A stretch of 64,000 nt of DNA from Candidatus Moraniibacteriota bacterium (GCA_028695135.1 JAQVJM010000004.1:1696-65695); one strand, 5' to 3'; counted from the first letter of the stretch, positions 1-8,485 are shown. The notes: generated by a model from the letters alone, not told the origin. Numbers and translations are program-made.

Positions 1-1
1 G

Positions 2-835
2 GTGGTGAATCTGGATATGGAAAAGCCCGAAGAATACCTCGACTGTAAAGCCGAAAGTATTTTCGGCTACAGTCTCAAAATCCAAAATTCAAAATTCCAA
101 ATTCCGAATAAATCAAAAATTCCAAATCAAAAATTCCAAACTGTCATAGCTGAAGATATCGAGCTGGGAGTAAAAAATTCAAAATTCGAAATTCATTCGC
201 CACGGCGAACAAAATTTTTGATCAATCTGATCGGAGACTTCAATATCGAAAACGCATTGGCGGCGATATCGGCGGGAGTAGCGCAGGGGATAAGCCTGGA
301 GGTCTGCGCCAAAGCCCTCGGTAAAATCAAAGGCGTTCCCGGAAGGATGGAGAGCGTCTCCAATGACAGAGATTTCAATATAATTGTCGATTACGCCGTG
401 ACTCCGGATTCGCTGGAAAAACTCTACGCTCTTTTGGATAGGATAAACTATAAAAAAGGAAAAATTATCGCGGTTTTCGGCGCTTGCGGGGAAAGAGATA
501 GAGGAAAGCGTCCGATCATGGGAGAAATCGTCTCGCGGTTCGCCGATTATGTCATTGTCACGAATGAGGATCCCTACAATGAAGATCCCCGAAGGATAAT
601 CGATGAAGTTGCCGGCGGAGTCAAAGGGAAAAAAGAAGGAAAAAATTTCTTCAAAATTTTTGACAGGAGAGAAGCGATAAGAAAGTCTTTGGAATTGGCC
701 ATGCCGGGGGATTTCGTTGTTATAACCGGCAAGGGGGCGGAGGAAACGATGGCGGTAGGTAAAAAGAGAATCCCCTGGAACGACAAAAAGGTCGTTTTGG
801 AGGAGTTGGCCCTGTTGACAAGAAATCAAAAATAG
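2..835 (+). CDS. murE: UDP-N-acetylmuramoyl-tripeptide ligase (MurE-type), C-terminal part; 5' end lies outside the window; an in-frame AT-rich repeat insertion sits in codons ~25-70
   Basis: Mur ligase C-terminal motifs DYAVTPDSLEKL, GACGERDRGKRP and VTNEDPYNEDP; ORF is open from the window edge. Confidence 0.8.
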   Translation: MVNLDMEKPEEYLDCKAESIFGYSLKIQNSKFQIPNKSKIPNQKFQTVIAEDIELGVKNSKFEIHSPRRTKFLINLIGDFNIENALAAISAGVAQGISLEVCAKALGKIKGVPGRMESVSNDRDFNIIVDYAVTPDSLEKLYALLDRINYKKGKIIAVFGACGERDRGKRPIMGEIVSRFADYVIVTNEDPYNEDPRRIIDEVAGGVKGKKEGKNFFKIFDRREAIRKSLELAMPGDFVVITGKGAEETMAVGKKRIPWNDKKVVLEELALLTRNQK

Positions 836-873
836 GTCATACTTTCCGGTTAGTCTTAATCCTAATCGGAAAT

Positions 874-1380
874 ATGATCATAACTCCCTTGGAAAAACAT
901 ATCCGGAACATAGAGAAAGAGAAGAAAAAGATATTTTTGGAGGCGATACGCTTTTTCTATGGAAACGATCGAAAACTTTTGAACTATTATCTTTTAACCG
1001 CAACTCTTTCTTTTGCGGCGCTTATTTTTTCAAGCTGGATGGACATCGGAGAAAGCCCCGCTTTTGCAATCGTAAATTTTCTGCTTGCGGGCGTTTTTGT
1101 TTTGAGCCTCGCCGAATATCTCAACTTTGTAGAAAAGTCGGAGAAAAAGTATAAGAATATTTTTTCCGACCTGGATCTCAAATATGACCAGGAGATTTCG
1201 ATTTTCAGGGATTTTTATTCCGGCAAGATAGACGAAAATGAATTGAGAAACTTTTATCTGGAAAGAGAAAATCTTTTGGAAAAATATTTTTTGTCCGTAG
1301 AAAGAAGGGATGTCGCGGAAAGATGGCTTATTTTCATAGGGCTGTCTCTGGCCGTGATTCTTATTTTTTTGAACTTTTAA
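874..1380 (+). CDS. hypothetical membrane protein
   Basis: 168-aa ORF with two hydrophobic segments, followed by a rho-independent terminator. Confidence 0.5.
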   Translation: MIITPLEKHIRNIEKEKKKIFLEAIRFFYGNDRKLLNYYLLTATLSFAALIFSSWMDIGESPAFAIVNFLLAGVFVLSLAEYLNFVEKSEKKYKNIFSDLDLKYDQEISIFRDFYSGKIDENELRNFYLERENLLEKYFLSVERRDVAERWLIFIGLSLAVILIFLNF

Positions 1381-1400
1381 TCTGTTTTTAAAGATATCCG

Positions 1401-1440
1401 GATCAAAAAACTCCTTTTGCAATAAGGAGTTTTTTTTATT
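1401..1440 (+). terminator. rho-independent terminator (AAAAAACTCCTT-loop-AAGGAGTTTTTTTT)
   Basis: perfect 10-bp stem plus T-run seen in sequence, between convergent genes. Confidence 0.65.
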
Positions 1441-1446
1441 TTTTAT

Positions 1447-1899
1447 TTATCCCAGAATTTTTATCAGAAGCATAGTGGACAAGAATCCGACTATCGCTCC
1501 GGCCATCACTTCGCTGGCGCGATGCCCCATACGCTCTTTGAGATCGGGATATTTTTTATTGTCTATGTTCAATCTTTCTTTGATGAGATTTATATATTCG
1601 CTGTGGTTTCCCATATAGACGCGGAGGCGGGTGGCGTCGTCAACGACTATTACGGCCATAACAACGGCAACGGCGAACGCTCCCGAGTCTATTCCGGCGT
1701 AATAGCCGACGGAAGTCACCATGGAAGTCATAAGAGCGGTATGGACGCTGGGCATATGGCCGTAACTCATGGCATGGTGCAAGGTGTATCGGAAATCTTG
1801 GCCGTGGCGGAAATAAAAGATGATGAACTTTATTATCCTGGAGACGAGAAGGACTAGAACGGGTATTATGAAAACGTTAAATTTCGGATCGTAAGGCAT
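1447..1899 (-). CDS. divergent PAP2 (acid phosphatase/haloperoxidase-related) family membrane protein
   Basis: motifs MPSVHTA and GHRASEV, hydrophobic profile, 150 aa. Confidence 0.7.
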   Translation of the reverse strand: MPYDPKFNVFIIPVLVLLVSRIIKFIIFYFRHGQDFRYTLHHAMSYGHMPSVHTALMTSMVTSVGYYAGIDSGAFAVAVVMAVIVVDDATRLRVYMGNHSEYINLIKERLNIDNKKYPDLKERMGHRASEVMAGAIVGFLSTMLLIKILG

Positions 1900-2069
1900 A
1901 TGATTGAAAATATTAATTTTTAAGTGAATTAATTATACTATAAAACGCTCTTTTTATCTATTTTTTGGTATTTTGTTATTGTCAAAAATGATGTATACTT
2001 GAATTAAGTTTAAATATTAATTAAAAAACTTTTGGATCGTTTATAAAACATCCAAGAGTATGAAAAAGT

Positions 2070-2633
2070 ATGTTTATAGGATTGATTCTTCTGGGAATCT
2101 TGGCAGTCGCGTTTATTTGGGTGATTGCTCTTTACAACGGCCTTATCAGGCTCAAAAACAGGGTGGATGAAGCTTGGAGCGATATCGATGTCCAGCTTAA
2201 GAGGCGCTATGATCTGATCCCCAATCTTATCAGCACCGTAAAGGGATATGCCGCGCATGAAAGCGCGACCTTTCAAAAAGTGACCGAAGCCAGAACGGCC
2301 GCCATGACCGCCCATGAATCTGGAGACGCCAAAGCTCAAGCTAAGGCGGAAAACATGCTTTCTGATACGTTAAAGTCGATATTTGCTCTAGCCGAAAATT
2401 ATCCGGATCTAAAGGCCAATCAGAGTTTTTTGGAACTGCAGAGAGAGCTCTCTGACACGGAAGACAAGATCCAGGCTTCCAGAAGGTTCTATAACGGAAA
2501 CGTCAGAGATTTCAACACGAAGATCGAGCTCTTTCCGAACAATATAATCGCCGGAATGCTGAAATTCACCAAAAGAGAATTCTTTGAGGTTGAGAATGAG
2601 AAGGAGAGAGAGAATGTGAAAGTAGAGTTCTAA
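2070..2633 (+). CDS. lemA: LemA family protein
   Basis: N-terminal TM segment plus conserved LemA segments (LIRLKNRVDEAWSDIDVQLKRRYDLIPNL, SRRFYNGNVRDFN). Confidence 0.85.
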   Translation: MFIGLILLGILAVAFIWVIALYNGLIRLKNRVDEAWSDIDVQLKRRYDLIPNLISTVKGYAAHESATFQKVTEARTAAMTAHESGDAKAQAKAENMLSDTLKSIFALAENYPDLKANQSFLELQRELSDTEDKIQASRRFYNGNVRDFNTKIELFPNNIIAGMLKFTKREFFEVENEKERENVKVEF

Positions 2634-3105
2634 TAAATCCGAAATACGAAGTGCGAAATTCGAAACAAATCAAAATGACAGAAAACAAAAATACAAAAAA
2701 ATTTGATTTAGAGGATCGCACTTTTAAATTTGCTAAAAATGTCAGAGTATTTGTCAAAAAAATTCCCAAAAGCATTTCTAATTTTGAAGATGGGAAACAG
2801 CTGGTGCGTTCCTCCGGTTCTGTTGGTGCGAATTACATAGAGGCCAATGAATCTTTAGGTAAGAAAGATTTTCTGATGAGAATTAAAATTTCCAGAAAAG
2901 AGGCTAAAGAAAGTCGATTTTGGTTAAATTTAATAGATATTGGCAATGAGAAAGAATTGTAAAAGGAAAGAAATGATCTTGCCAATGAAGCGACAGAACT
3001 AATGATGATATTCGGACCCATTATTAGAAAATCAGAATAAGTTTAGAATTTTAATTTTTAGTTATTATTTCGGATTTCGAGTTTCGAATTTCGTATTTAA
3101 GACTT
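2634..3105. mobile_element. small cargo element: four-helix-bundle (23S rRNA intervening-sequence family) gene flanked by ~30-bp imperfect terminal inverted repeats built from CGAAAT(A/T)CGAA units
   Basis: left end CCGAAATACGAAGTGCGAAATTCGAAAC (2636-2663); right end TTTCGGATTTCGAGTTTCGAATTTCGTATTT (3063-3093) is its approximate reverse complement. Confidence 0.55.
2651..2962 (+). CDS. four-helix-bundle protein (23S rRNA IVS-associated protein family)
   Basis: family-typical segments EDRTFKFAKNV..KIPK, GANYIEANE, SRKEAKESRFWLNLI; 103 aa. Confidence 0.75.
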   Translation: MRNSKQIKMTENKNTKKFDLEDRTFKFAKNVRVFVKKIPKSISNFEDGKQLVRSSGSVGANYIEANESLGKKDFLMRIKISRKEAKESRFWLNLIDIGNEKEL

Positions 3106-4005
3106 ATGGCTACCTTGTATAATCAATCAGACAGGAATAAACGCTTGACCTGGATCTATATCACAGGCTTTTTGGTGTTTGTCATCGGCGTGGGATATGT
3201 TTTCGCCGGGGCGATGGGAAACAGCTGGATACTTTACGGAGCGGTCATATTTTCCGTGCTTATGAGCTTCTCTTCTTATTGGTGGAGCGACAAGATCGTT
3301 CTCTCTATGAGTGGAGCCAAAGAAGTCACCCGTGAGAACGCCAAGGAGATTTATCGCATCGTTGAAAACCTCTGTATAACTGCCGGGCTTCCGGTTCCCA
3401 AGATTTATATTATTGAAGACAGCGCTCCCAACGCTTTCGCGACTGGTAGAGATCCCGAGCATGGAGTCATATGTTTTACGACCGGGATCATCCAAAAACT
3501 TGAGAAAGCGGAATTGGAAGGGGTTGTTGCTCATGAGCTTTCCCACATAGGCAATCGCGATGTACTCCTCTCGACAGTCGTTGTCGTGCTTGTCGGATTT
3601 GTAACGCTTCTGGCTGATTGGTTCCGCCATTGGGCTTTTTGGGGAGGAAGGTCGAGAAACAACGAAGGCGGAGGACAATTGCGCCTGATACTGATCGTTC
3701 TGGCGATCCTGCTTTCCATACTGGCTCCGATCGCGGCGATGCTGATGCAATTGGCGATTTCGAGAAAGAGGGAATTTCTGGCCGATGCAGATGGGGCGCT
3801 TCTTACTCGTTATCCCGAAGGGCTGGCGAGAGCCTTGGAAAAGATCTCTTCCGACCAAGAACCGCTGGAAGCGGCCAATCGCGCCACGGCTCATCTCTAT
3901 ATCGCCAATCCTTTCAAAGGCAAAAAAGCCTCCAAGTTTTTTATGACCCATCCTCCGATCGAGGAAAGGGTGGCTAAATTAAGAGGATTGGATGTAAATA
4001 GTTAA
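3106..4005 (+). CDS. htpX: zinc metalloprotease HtpX (M48 family)
   Basis: HELSH zinc motif, N-terminal TM helices, HtpX-like length and C-terminal MTHPPIEERV. Confidence 0.9.
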   Translation: MATLYNQSDRNKRLTWIYITGFLVFVIGVGYVFAGAMGNSWILYGAVIFSVLMSFSSYWWSDKIVLSMSGAKEVTRENAKEIYRIVENLCITAGLPVPKIYIIEDSAPNAFATGRDPEHGVICFTTGIIQKLEKAELEGVVAHELSHIGNRDVLLSTVVVVLVGFVTLLADWFRHWAFWGGRSRNNEGGGQLRLILIVLAILLSILAPIAAMLMQLAISRKREFLADADGALLTRYPEGLARALEKISSDQEPLEAANRATAHLYIANPFKGKKASKFFMTHPPIEERVAKLRGLDVNS

Positions 4006-4015
4006 TATAAAAATT

Positions 4016-4414
4016 ATGGCTCCAGAAAAAACCCCGCTTCCGGATGAAGCAGGGAGAAGGGACAGAACTTCTTATGACATCATAATGAGCTGTTTCGGCA
4101 ATCAAGATAAATTTGAGGCCGAAGTTTTTTCAATAAAAAAGCGGATGGAGGAAGAAACCGGAAAAAAAATAAAAGTGGACAAAGATTTTGTCAATATCGT
4201 GTTTGAAAATTATCCCGACAAAGAATTTATCAAAGAAAAAGCTACGGCCTTGCTGGCTCAAATCAAGGGAGTATTAGATGAGCCGGAGAAAAAGAATTTC
4301 GGTATGGACGTAGGAAGAAACAATAAAGAGAGAAAAAAATTAAGTGATGATCCGATTCATAAAAAAGGTGCTTGGCATAATCAAAAAAGATTGGGGGAAG
4401 ATAAAGATGATTAA
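4016..4414 (+). CDS. hypothetical protein (possible antitoxin partner of the downstream ORF)
   Basis: 132-aa ORF with 6-nt spacing to the next ORF; no recognisable motif. Confidence 0.4.
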   Translation: MAPEKTPLPDEAGRRDRTSYDIIMSCFGNQDKFEAEVFSIKKRMEEETGKKIKVDKDFVNIVFENYPDKEFIKEKATALLAQIKGVLDEPEKKNFGMDVGRNNKERKKLSDDPIHKKGAWHNQKRLGEDKDD

Positions 4415-4419
4415 TTTCT

Positions 4420-4860
4420 ATGCAGTTCAAACGGCCGGAAAATACGGATAAATATTATTGGACCCGTCACAGTATCGGGAAGATGATGCAATACGGACTG
4501 AGCGCCCAGAGAGTGATCAGGGTTATCAGAAGTTATACAAGGATAGAGGAGGGCATAGCGGAAAACACGATTGCGGTGATGCAGCCGACTTCCACCCGCA
4601 GGGACAAGGATGGAGAGCTTAAGTGGAACCAGGAGATATGGGTGATGTATCAGCTCCGACGCAAGGTCGGAGCAAATTCCAAAAAACAAATTCCAAATTC
4701 CAAACAAATCTCAAAATCAAAATTCAAAAATCGAAAAACAATTCCAAATTCTGCGAATGGAAAAATTCGCATCATCAGCGCTTGGAAGTTTCCGGGAATG
4801 AGTCCGAAAAGCAATCCGATTCCCAGGGAAATATTGGAGGAGATTGAGGATGTATTATAA
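4420..4860 (+). CDS. DUF4258-like putative toxin-domain protein with an in-frame AT-rich repeat insertion (codons ~85-120)
   Basis: N-terminal TRHSIGKMMQYGLSAQRVIRVI resembles the T-x-H-[AS]-x-x-R-M-x-x-x-G-[IL]-S-x-x-x-V signature of DUF4258; the repeat segment translates as NSKKQIPNSKQISKSKFKNRKTIPNS. Confidence 0.45.
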   Translation: MQFKRPENTDKYYWTRHSIGKMMQYGLSAQRVIRVIRSYTRIEEGIAENTIAVMQPTSTRRDKDGELKWNQEIWVMYQLRRKVGANSKKQIPNSKQISKSKFKNRKTIPNSANGKIRIISAWKFPGMSPKSNPIPREILEEIEDVL

Positions 4861-4861
4861 T

Positions 4862-4895
4862 AAAAAACCTCCCGAGCGGGAGGTTTTTTACGTCC
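4862..4895 (+). terminator. rho-independent terminator (CCTCCCGAGCGGGAGG + T-run)
   Basis: 8-bp GC stem and T-run directly after the stop codon. Confidence 0.65.
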
Positions 4896-4902
4896 AGTAT
4901 CA

Positions 4903-5106
4903 TTATGCGATACGTGAAACTTTTGTAGCGTTAGGCCCCTTTGGGCTGTCGCTAACTTCGAATTCAACTTGGTCGCCTTCTCTTAAGTCATTGAACTCTA
5001 CCCCTTGCAGTTCGTTCGAATGAAAGAATAGATCCTTTTCTTCTCCATCACGGGAGATGAAACCGAATCCACGATCAGTTAATCGAGTAATTTTACCTTT
5101 TTCCAT
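4903..5106 (-). CDS. cold-shock protein (CspA family)
   Basis: 67 aa MEKGKITRLTDRGFGFISRDGEEKDLFFHSNEL... with RNP1-like GFGFI; start taken at the internal ATG (the listed ORF extends further upstream). Confidence 0.85.
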   Translation of the reverse strand: MEKGKITRLTDRGFGFISRDGEEKDLFFHSNELQGVEFNDLREGDQVEFEVSDSPKGPNATKVSRIA

Positions 5107-5444
5107 TTTATTACTTGATAATTTTTTACATACAAGCGATAGATGCAAAAGATAAAATTCGACTGATTCACCATGTATTGCAAACGATTGTATTTTCAAA
5201 TCATAGCATTTGGGGCGCATTTTGTCAATAACAGAAAAGACAAAATCACAAAAAGTCTTGATTAAATATTTTTTAGATGTTAATATGATATTCGTTGAAA
5301 ATGGATAATTTTACGGCTCTCTTGCCCGCTTGCAACTCTATATAAAAAATCGCAAGCGGGTCTGGTGGTCAGCCAACCAGAGACTGACCAACCTCCGGGC
5401 AGCATCCATGCAACGAAAAAATATAACAACAAAATGATAATTAT

Positions 5445-5516
5445 GGCCCGTTCGTCTAGTGGTTAGGACACCAGGTTTTCATCCTGGCAACAGGGGTTCG
5501 ATTCCCCTACGGGCTA
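5445..5516 (+). tRNA. tRNA-Glu (anticodon UUC)
   Basis: cloverleaf GGCCCGU/ACGGGCU acceptor, anticodon arm CCAGG-UUUUCAU-CCUGG, T-arm AGGGGTTCGATTCCCCT; near-identical architecture to E. coli tRNA-Glu; CCA not encoded. Confidence 0.9.
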
Positions 5517-5525
5517 CAAGTAACA

Positions 5526-5556
5526 AAAAGCGCCTATTTAGTAGGCGCTTTTTGTT
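5526..5556 (+). terminator. rho-independent terminator after tRNA-Glu (AGCGCCTA-TTTAG-TAGGCGCT + T-run)
   Basis: perfect 8-bp stem followed by TTTTTGTTGTTTT. Confidence 0.65.
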
Positions 5557-5574
5557 GTTTTGTATTTCTATGGT

Positions 5575-5680
5575 GGGGAATCGAAGGGTGTGAGCAGGCG
5601 CGATTGCCCAGGCTTCGAGTCGCCTGCCTACCGGCAGGCAAGTAGCTAGGAGGACTCCCCTGCGGGCTAACAATTTAAAA
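5575..5680 (+). other. GC-rich structured element of unknown function (hairpins GCCTGCC-TACC-GGCAGGC and CAGGCG...CGCCTG); its 3' end imitates the tRNA-Glu 3' end
   Basis: about 100 nt of ~60% GC in a ~35% GC region; ends GACTCCCCTGCGGGCTAA versus the tRNA GATTCCCCTACGGGCTAC. Confidence 0.3.
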
Positions 5681-5699
5681 ACTTGATTTTTTGGCCGAA

Positions 5700-5711
5700 A
5701 TGGTGTATAAT
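5700..5711 (+). promoter_or_regulatory. possible extended -10 element (TGgTGTATAAT) upstream of ORF 5759
   Basis: TG-N-TATAAT motif 45 nt upstream of the start codon; no clear -35. Confidence 0.3.
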
Positions 5712-5758
5712 TATAACAGTTAAAAAACGGGTGCAAAAGCCCGTTTTTTATCGTTTAT

Positions 5759-6421
5759 ATGGCCGATTTAAGACAAAAATACAAAAAAATATCATCTGTT
5801 GCGGGCGCCGGAACCAAAAAAGCGCTTGTTTTGAGCTGGAAAAAATTCGAAGACCTGATCAATATGGAAGAGACTGCCTTGAAAAAATTTTTGACAGTTT
5901 TTGTCTTAATCTTTGCTCCGGTATTTTTATTTATGTTTCTTGTCTCCATAAACCGGATAGAGAATGAATTGCTTTCCATCAAACCTGTCGAAATAATGGA
6001 TCATACCGATCATGAATTGGAGAGACAGATAAGGAAAATGACAGTTGGCTATCCTATTGAAAATATGAGCCGATATATCGCAAGCGAAGACAGGGAAGTG
6101 GCGGCTTTCATAGTTTCCATCGCCAAAAAAGAAAGCAATTGGGGATTGAGAACTCCCAAGCTTGACGGAAAAGAATGTTATAATTATTGGGGATTCAGGG
6201 AACAAAGAGAAAGGATGGGAAGCGGAGGACATACCTGTTTTGACAGTCCCAAAGATGCGGTGAGATCGATAGCCAGAAGGATAGAAGATTTGAGAAATAA
6301 AAATATAAATACGCCGGAGGAGATGATCGTTTGGAAGTGCGGATACAGTTGCGAGAGCCATAGCCCGCAAAGTGTCCAAAAATGGATCAATGATGTAAAA
6401 TTTTATTATAATAAGATATGA
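5759..6421 (+). CDS. hypothetical membrane-anchored protein
   Basis: 220-aa ORF, one N-terminal TM helix, Cys/Trp-rich C-terminal domain. Confidence 0.5.
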   Translation: MADLRQKYKKISSVAGAGTKKALVLSWKKFEDLINMEETALKKFLTVFVLIFAPVFLFMFLVSINRIENELLSIKPVEIMDHTDHELERQIRKMTVGYPIENMSRYIASEDREVAAFIVSIAKKESNWGLRTPKLDGKECYNYWGFREQRERMGSGGHTCFDSPKDAVRSIARRIEDLRNKNINTPEEMIVWKCGYSCESHSPQSVQKWINDVKFYYNKI

Positions 6422-6427
6422 AAAAAG

Positions 6428-7408
6428 ATGGAAAATAATAATAAAGAAAAAGAGATAAACTATATCCAAATCGTAAAAGATTCCCTGAAAATCACCTGGG
6501 AAAATAAATTTTTATGGTGGTTCGGCTTGCTTATCTCTCTGGGGGGAGGAGGAATGTCGGGACTGAATTATTCTTTTGAAAACGAAGAAGCAGAGGAAAT
6601 ACCGCCGGAGACGATAGAAAATCTCAGATATTTTTGGAGCATCTATCGAGAATGGATAATTGCGGGACTAGTTGCTTTGTTCTTGCTGGTTTTCATTTTT
6701 TATATTTTGAGCGTCATCGGAAGAGGAGGTCTCATAAGTTCATTGCTCAAGATGACCAAAAACGAAAAAGCCGATTTTTCTTCCGGATTCAAGGCGGGAA
6801 AGGATTTTTTCCTGAGAATATTTATCCTTAATGTTTTTTACGGCATGGGACTTCTGGCCGTAGCCGTTGTTATGATTTTTCCGATTGTCAGGCTGGCCTA
6901 TCTCAAGGTTTACGGACCAGCCTTGATATTGGTTATTGCGGCGGTTCCTATCATCATCTCTATTATTATTCTGGCGAGTTTTCTAAAGATTTATTCCCAG
7001 ATCTATCTGGTCGGAAGCGGATTGGGAATTTTTGAATCGATAAGATCAGCTTATGCAGTTCTCAAGAAAAATATAAAAGAGAGCCTGATAATGGGGATTG
7101 CAAGAATGATATCAGGGATCATAGCCGGAATGTCTCTCCTTATTTTATTTTTGATTATTATCGCCTTCTTTTCAACCATAGGCTTTTTGGCTTATTTTTC
7201 CATAGGTTATGCGGGAGCGATAGCGGTAGCGATTCTCGGAATATCGACCCTGGTAGTTGTCAACTTCATATGGCAGTCGGCTTTCAATGTTTTTCTGCAA
7301 TGCGCATGGATCTTGTTTTTCAATAAAATTGCGGCAGTTGAAGACAAAAAAGAGGAAAAACTCAAAGAAGAGGCTAAAGAAAAAATATTGGAACTGGAAA
7401 AAGTTTAA
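6428..7408 (+). CDS. hypothetical polytopic membrane protein
   Basis: 326 aa, about 6 predicted TM helices, lysine/glutamate-rich C-terminus. Confidence 0.55.
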   Translation: MENNNKEKEINYIQIVKDSLKITWENKFLWWFGLLISLGGGGMSGLNYSFENEEAEEIPPETIENLRYFWSIYREWIIAGLVALFLLVFIFYILSVIGRGGLISSLLKMTKNEKADFSSGFKAGKDFFLRIFILNVFYGMGLLAVAVVMIFPIVRLAYLKVYGPALILVIAAVPIIISIIILASFLKIYSQIYLVGSGLGIFESIRSAYAVLKKNIKESLIMGIARMISGIIAGMSLLILFLIIIAFFSTIGFLAYFSIGYAGAIAVAILGISTLVVVNFIWQSAFNVFLQCAWILFFNKIAAVEDKKEEKLKEEAKEKILELEKV

Positions 7409-7423
7409 GCATAAAAAATAGAA

Positions 7424-7458
7424 AAGCGCTTGTAAGAAAGCGTTTTTTTGTTTTTTAA
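7424..7458 (+). terminator. rho-independent terminator (AAAGCGCTT-GTAAGA-AAGCGTTTTTTTG)
   Basis: stem-loop plus T-run between convergent genes. Confidence 0.6.
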
Positions 7459-7471
7459 ATTTTCCTTTTCC

Positions 7472-8461
7472 TTATCTTATCACGCAATTCCGATTGTCGG
7501 TACTTTGCCCTAGAGAACCGATGCCCATCCCTCCGAGCAGGCTTCCGTTGGGAGTGAGATTCCTAAGATTGTCTCTAAGATCCTGAGAATAATCGCATAT
7601 TTCGCTGTTTATTTTATTCTGTATGCTTTGTCTGGCGTTTCCTATTCCTTGCTTGATTACCGATGAGGCGATTTTTCCGACGGCTATTCCCGCCATCTCG
7701 CCTACGTCTCCGGCATTGGCGAGAATGAGATTGTCCAAAGTGTTGGCCGAAGAGGTAATATCGGAAATCAAAGTTCCGGGAGCTATGACTATGCCATTTT
7801 CTTTTTGTCCTATATAACCCTGATAAGCCAAAGCCTGAGCTTCGGCTTTCTTTTTCTCTTCTTCAAGCTTTTTTTCGTATTCGCTCTGAGCTATCAGGGC
7901 GTAAGCGATCGGGTTATTGTTGGGCTTCATAGCTTCTGTGTAAGCGTCCCAAGATCCTTCATTAAACATCGAAACAAAATCGCAGGCATATTCTTCAAAA
8001 GTTGACTGCATGGAAGTCAAGTCCACTTCCACATTTACGCTTTCTTTAGCTCCCGCGCTCCGCCATTCAGCAAAGGATTCTCCTCCCGGACAGGCGGATG
8101 TGAAATTTCCGGATGTTTTTCCTCGGGTCGTAATGGTGAAAAAATCATTCATATGGGCCTGTGTGCTGGCATGGGGGCTTTTGAAAAGATAATCTTCCCA
8201 ATCCTGGATGAAGAGAGCTCCGGCCTGAGTAGTTCCAGCAACAATATTATTGACGGTATCCACGATCAGATCCAGGGCGGCTTTTTTGAGAGCGGCCAAA
8301 AGAGCGGCTCTCACTTGCAGGGAAACTTCTTCCATCATCTGTTTCTGGAATTGGGCAATAGTATCCGGCCAAGCAACAATTGCGGCGGAAGCGGGACGCG
8401 AAAGGGATAAATTCAAGCACATCGCCAAAATGATCGTTATAATCGCTATTTTTTTGCTCAT
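7472..8461 (-). CDS. hypothetical secreted protein (signal peptide)
   Basis: N-terminal MSKKIAIITIILAMCLNLSLSRPASAA signal peptide; no TM helix elsewhere; in an operon with the 8486-9589 ORF. Confidence 0.55.
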   Translation of the reverse strand: MSKKIAIITIILAMCLNLSLSRPASAAIVAWPDTIAQFQKQMMEEVSLQVRAALLAALKKAALDLIVDTVNNIVAGTTQAGALFIQDWEDYLFKSPHASTQAHMNDFFTITTRGKTSGNFTSACPGGESFAEWRSAGAKESVNVEVDLTSMQSTFEEYACDFVSMFNEGSWDAYTEAMKPNNNPIAYALIAQSEYEKKLEEEKKKAEAQALAYQGYIGQKENGIVIAPGTLISDITSSANTLDNLILANAGDVGEMAGIAVGKIASSVIKQGIGNARQSIQNKINSEICDYSQDLRDNLRNLTPNGSLLGGMGIGSLGQSTDNRNCVIR

Positions 8462-8485
8462 ACTTTATAATTTTTTTTATGCTTC

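Noticed and set aside
179-829. Long antisense ORFs overlapping real genes (for example 179-829 minus, 3127-3951 minus, 13449-14138 minus, 19990-20859 minus, 43776-44654 plus, 50501-51052 minus)
   Set aside because: Each lies entirely inside a well-supported gene on the opposite strand that has clear family motifs. They have no RBS or terminators and are typical antisense open frames in an AT-rich genome.
5575-5680. Second tRNA, tmRNA, SRP RNA or RNase P RNA next to tRNA-Glu
   Set aside because: No cloverleaf can be drawn (no complementary acceptor strand). The SRP GGAAGGAAGCAGC domain-IV motif is lacking. It is too short for tmRNA or RNase P. It is kept only as an unknown structured element.
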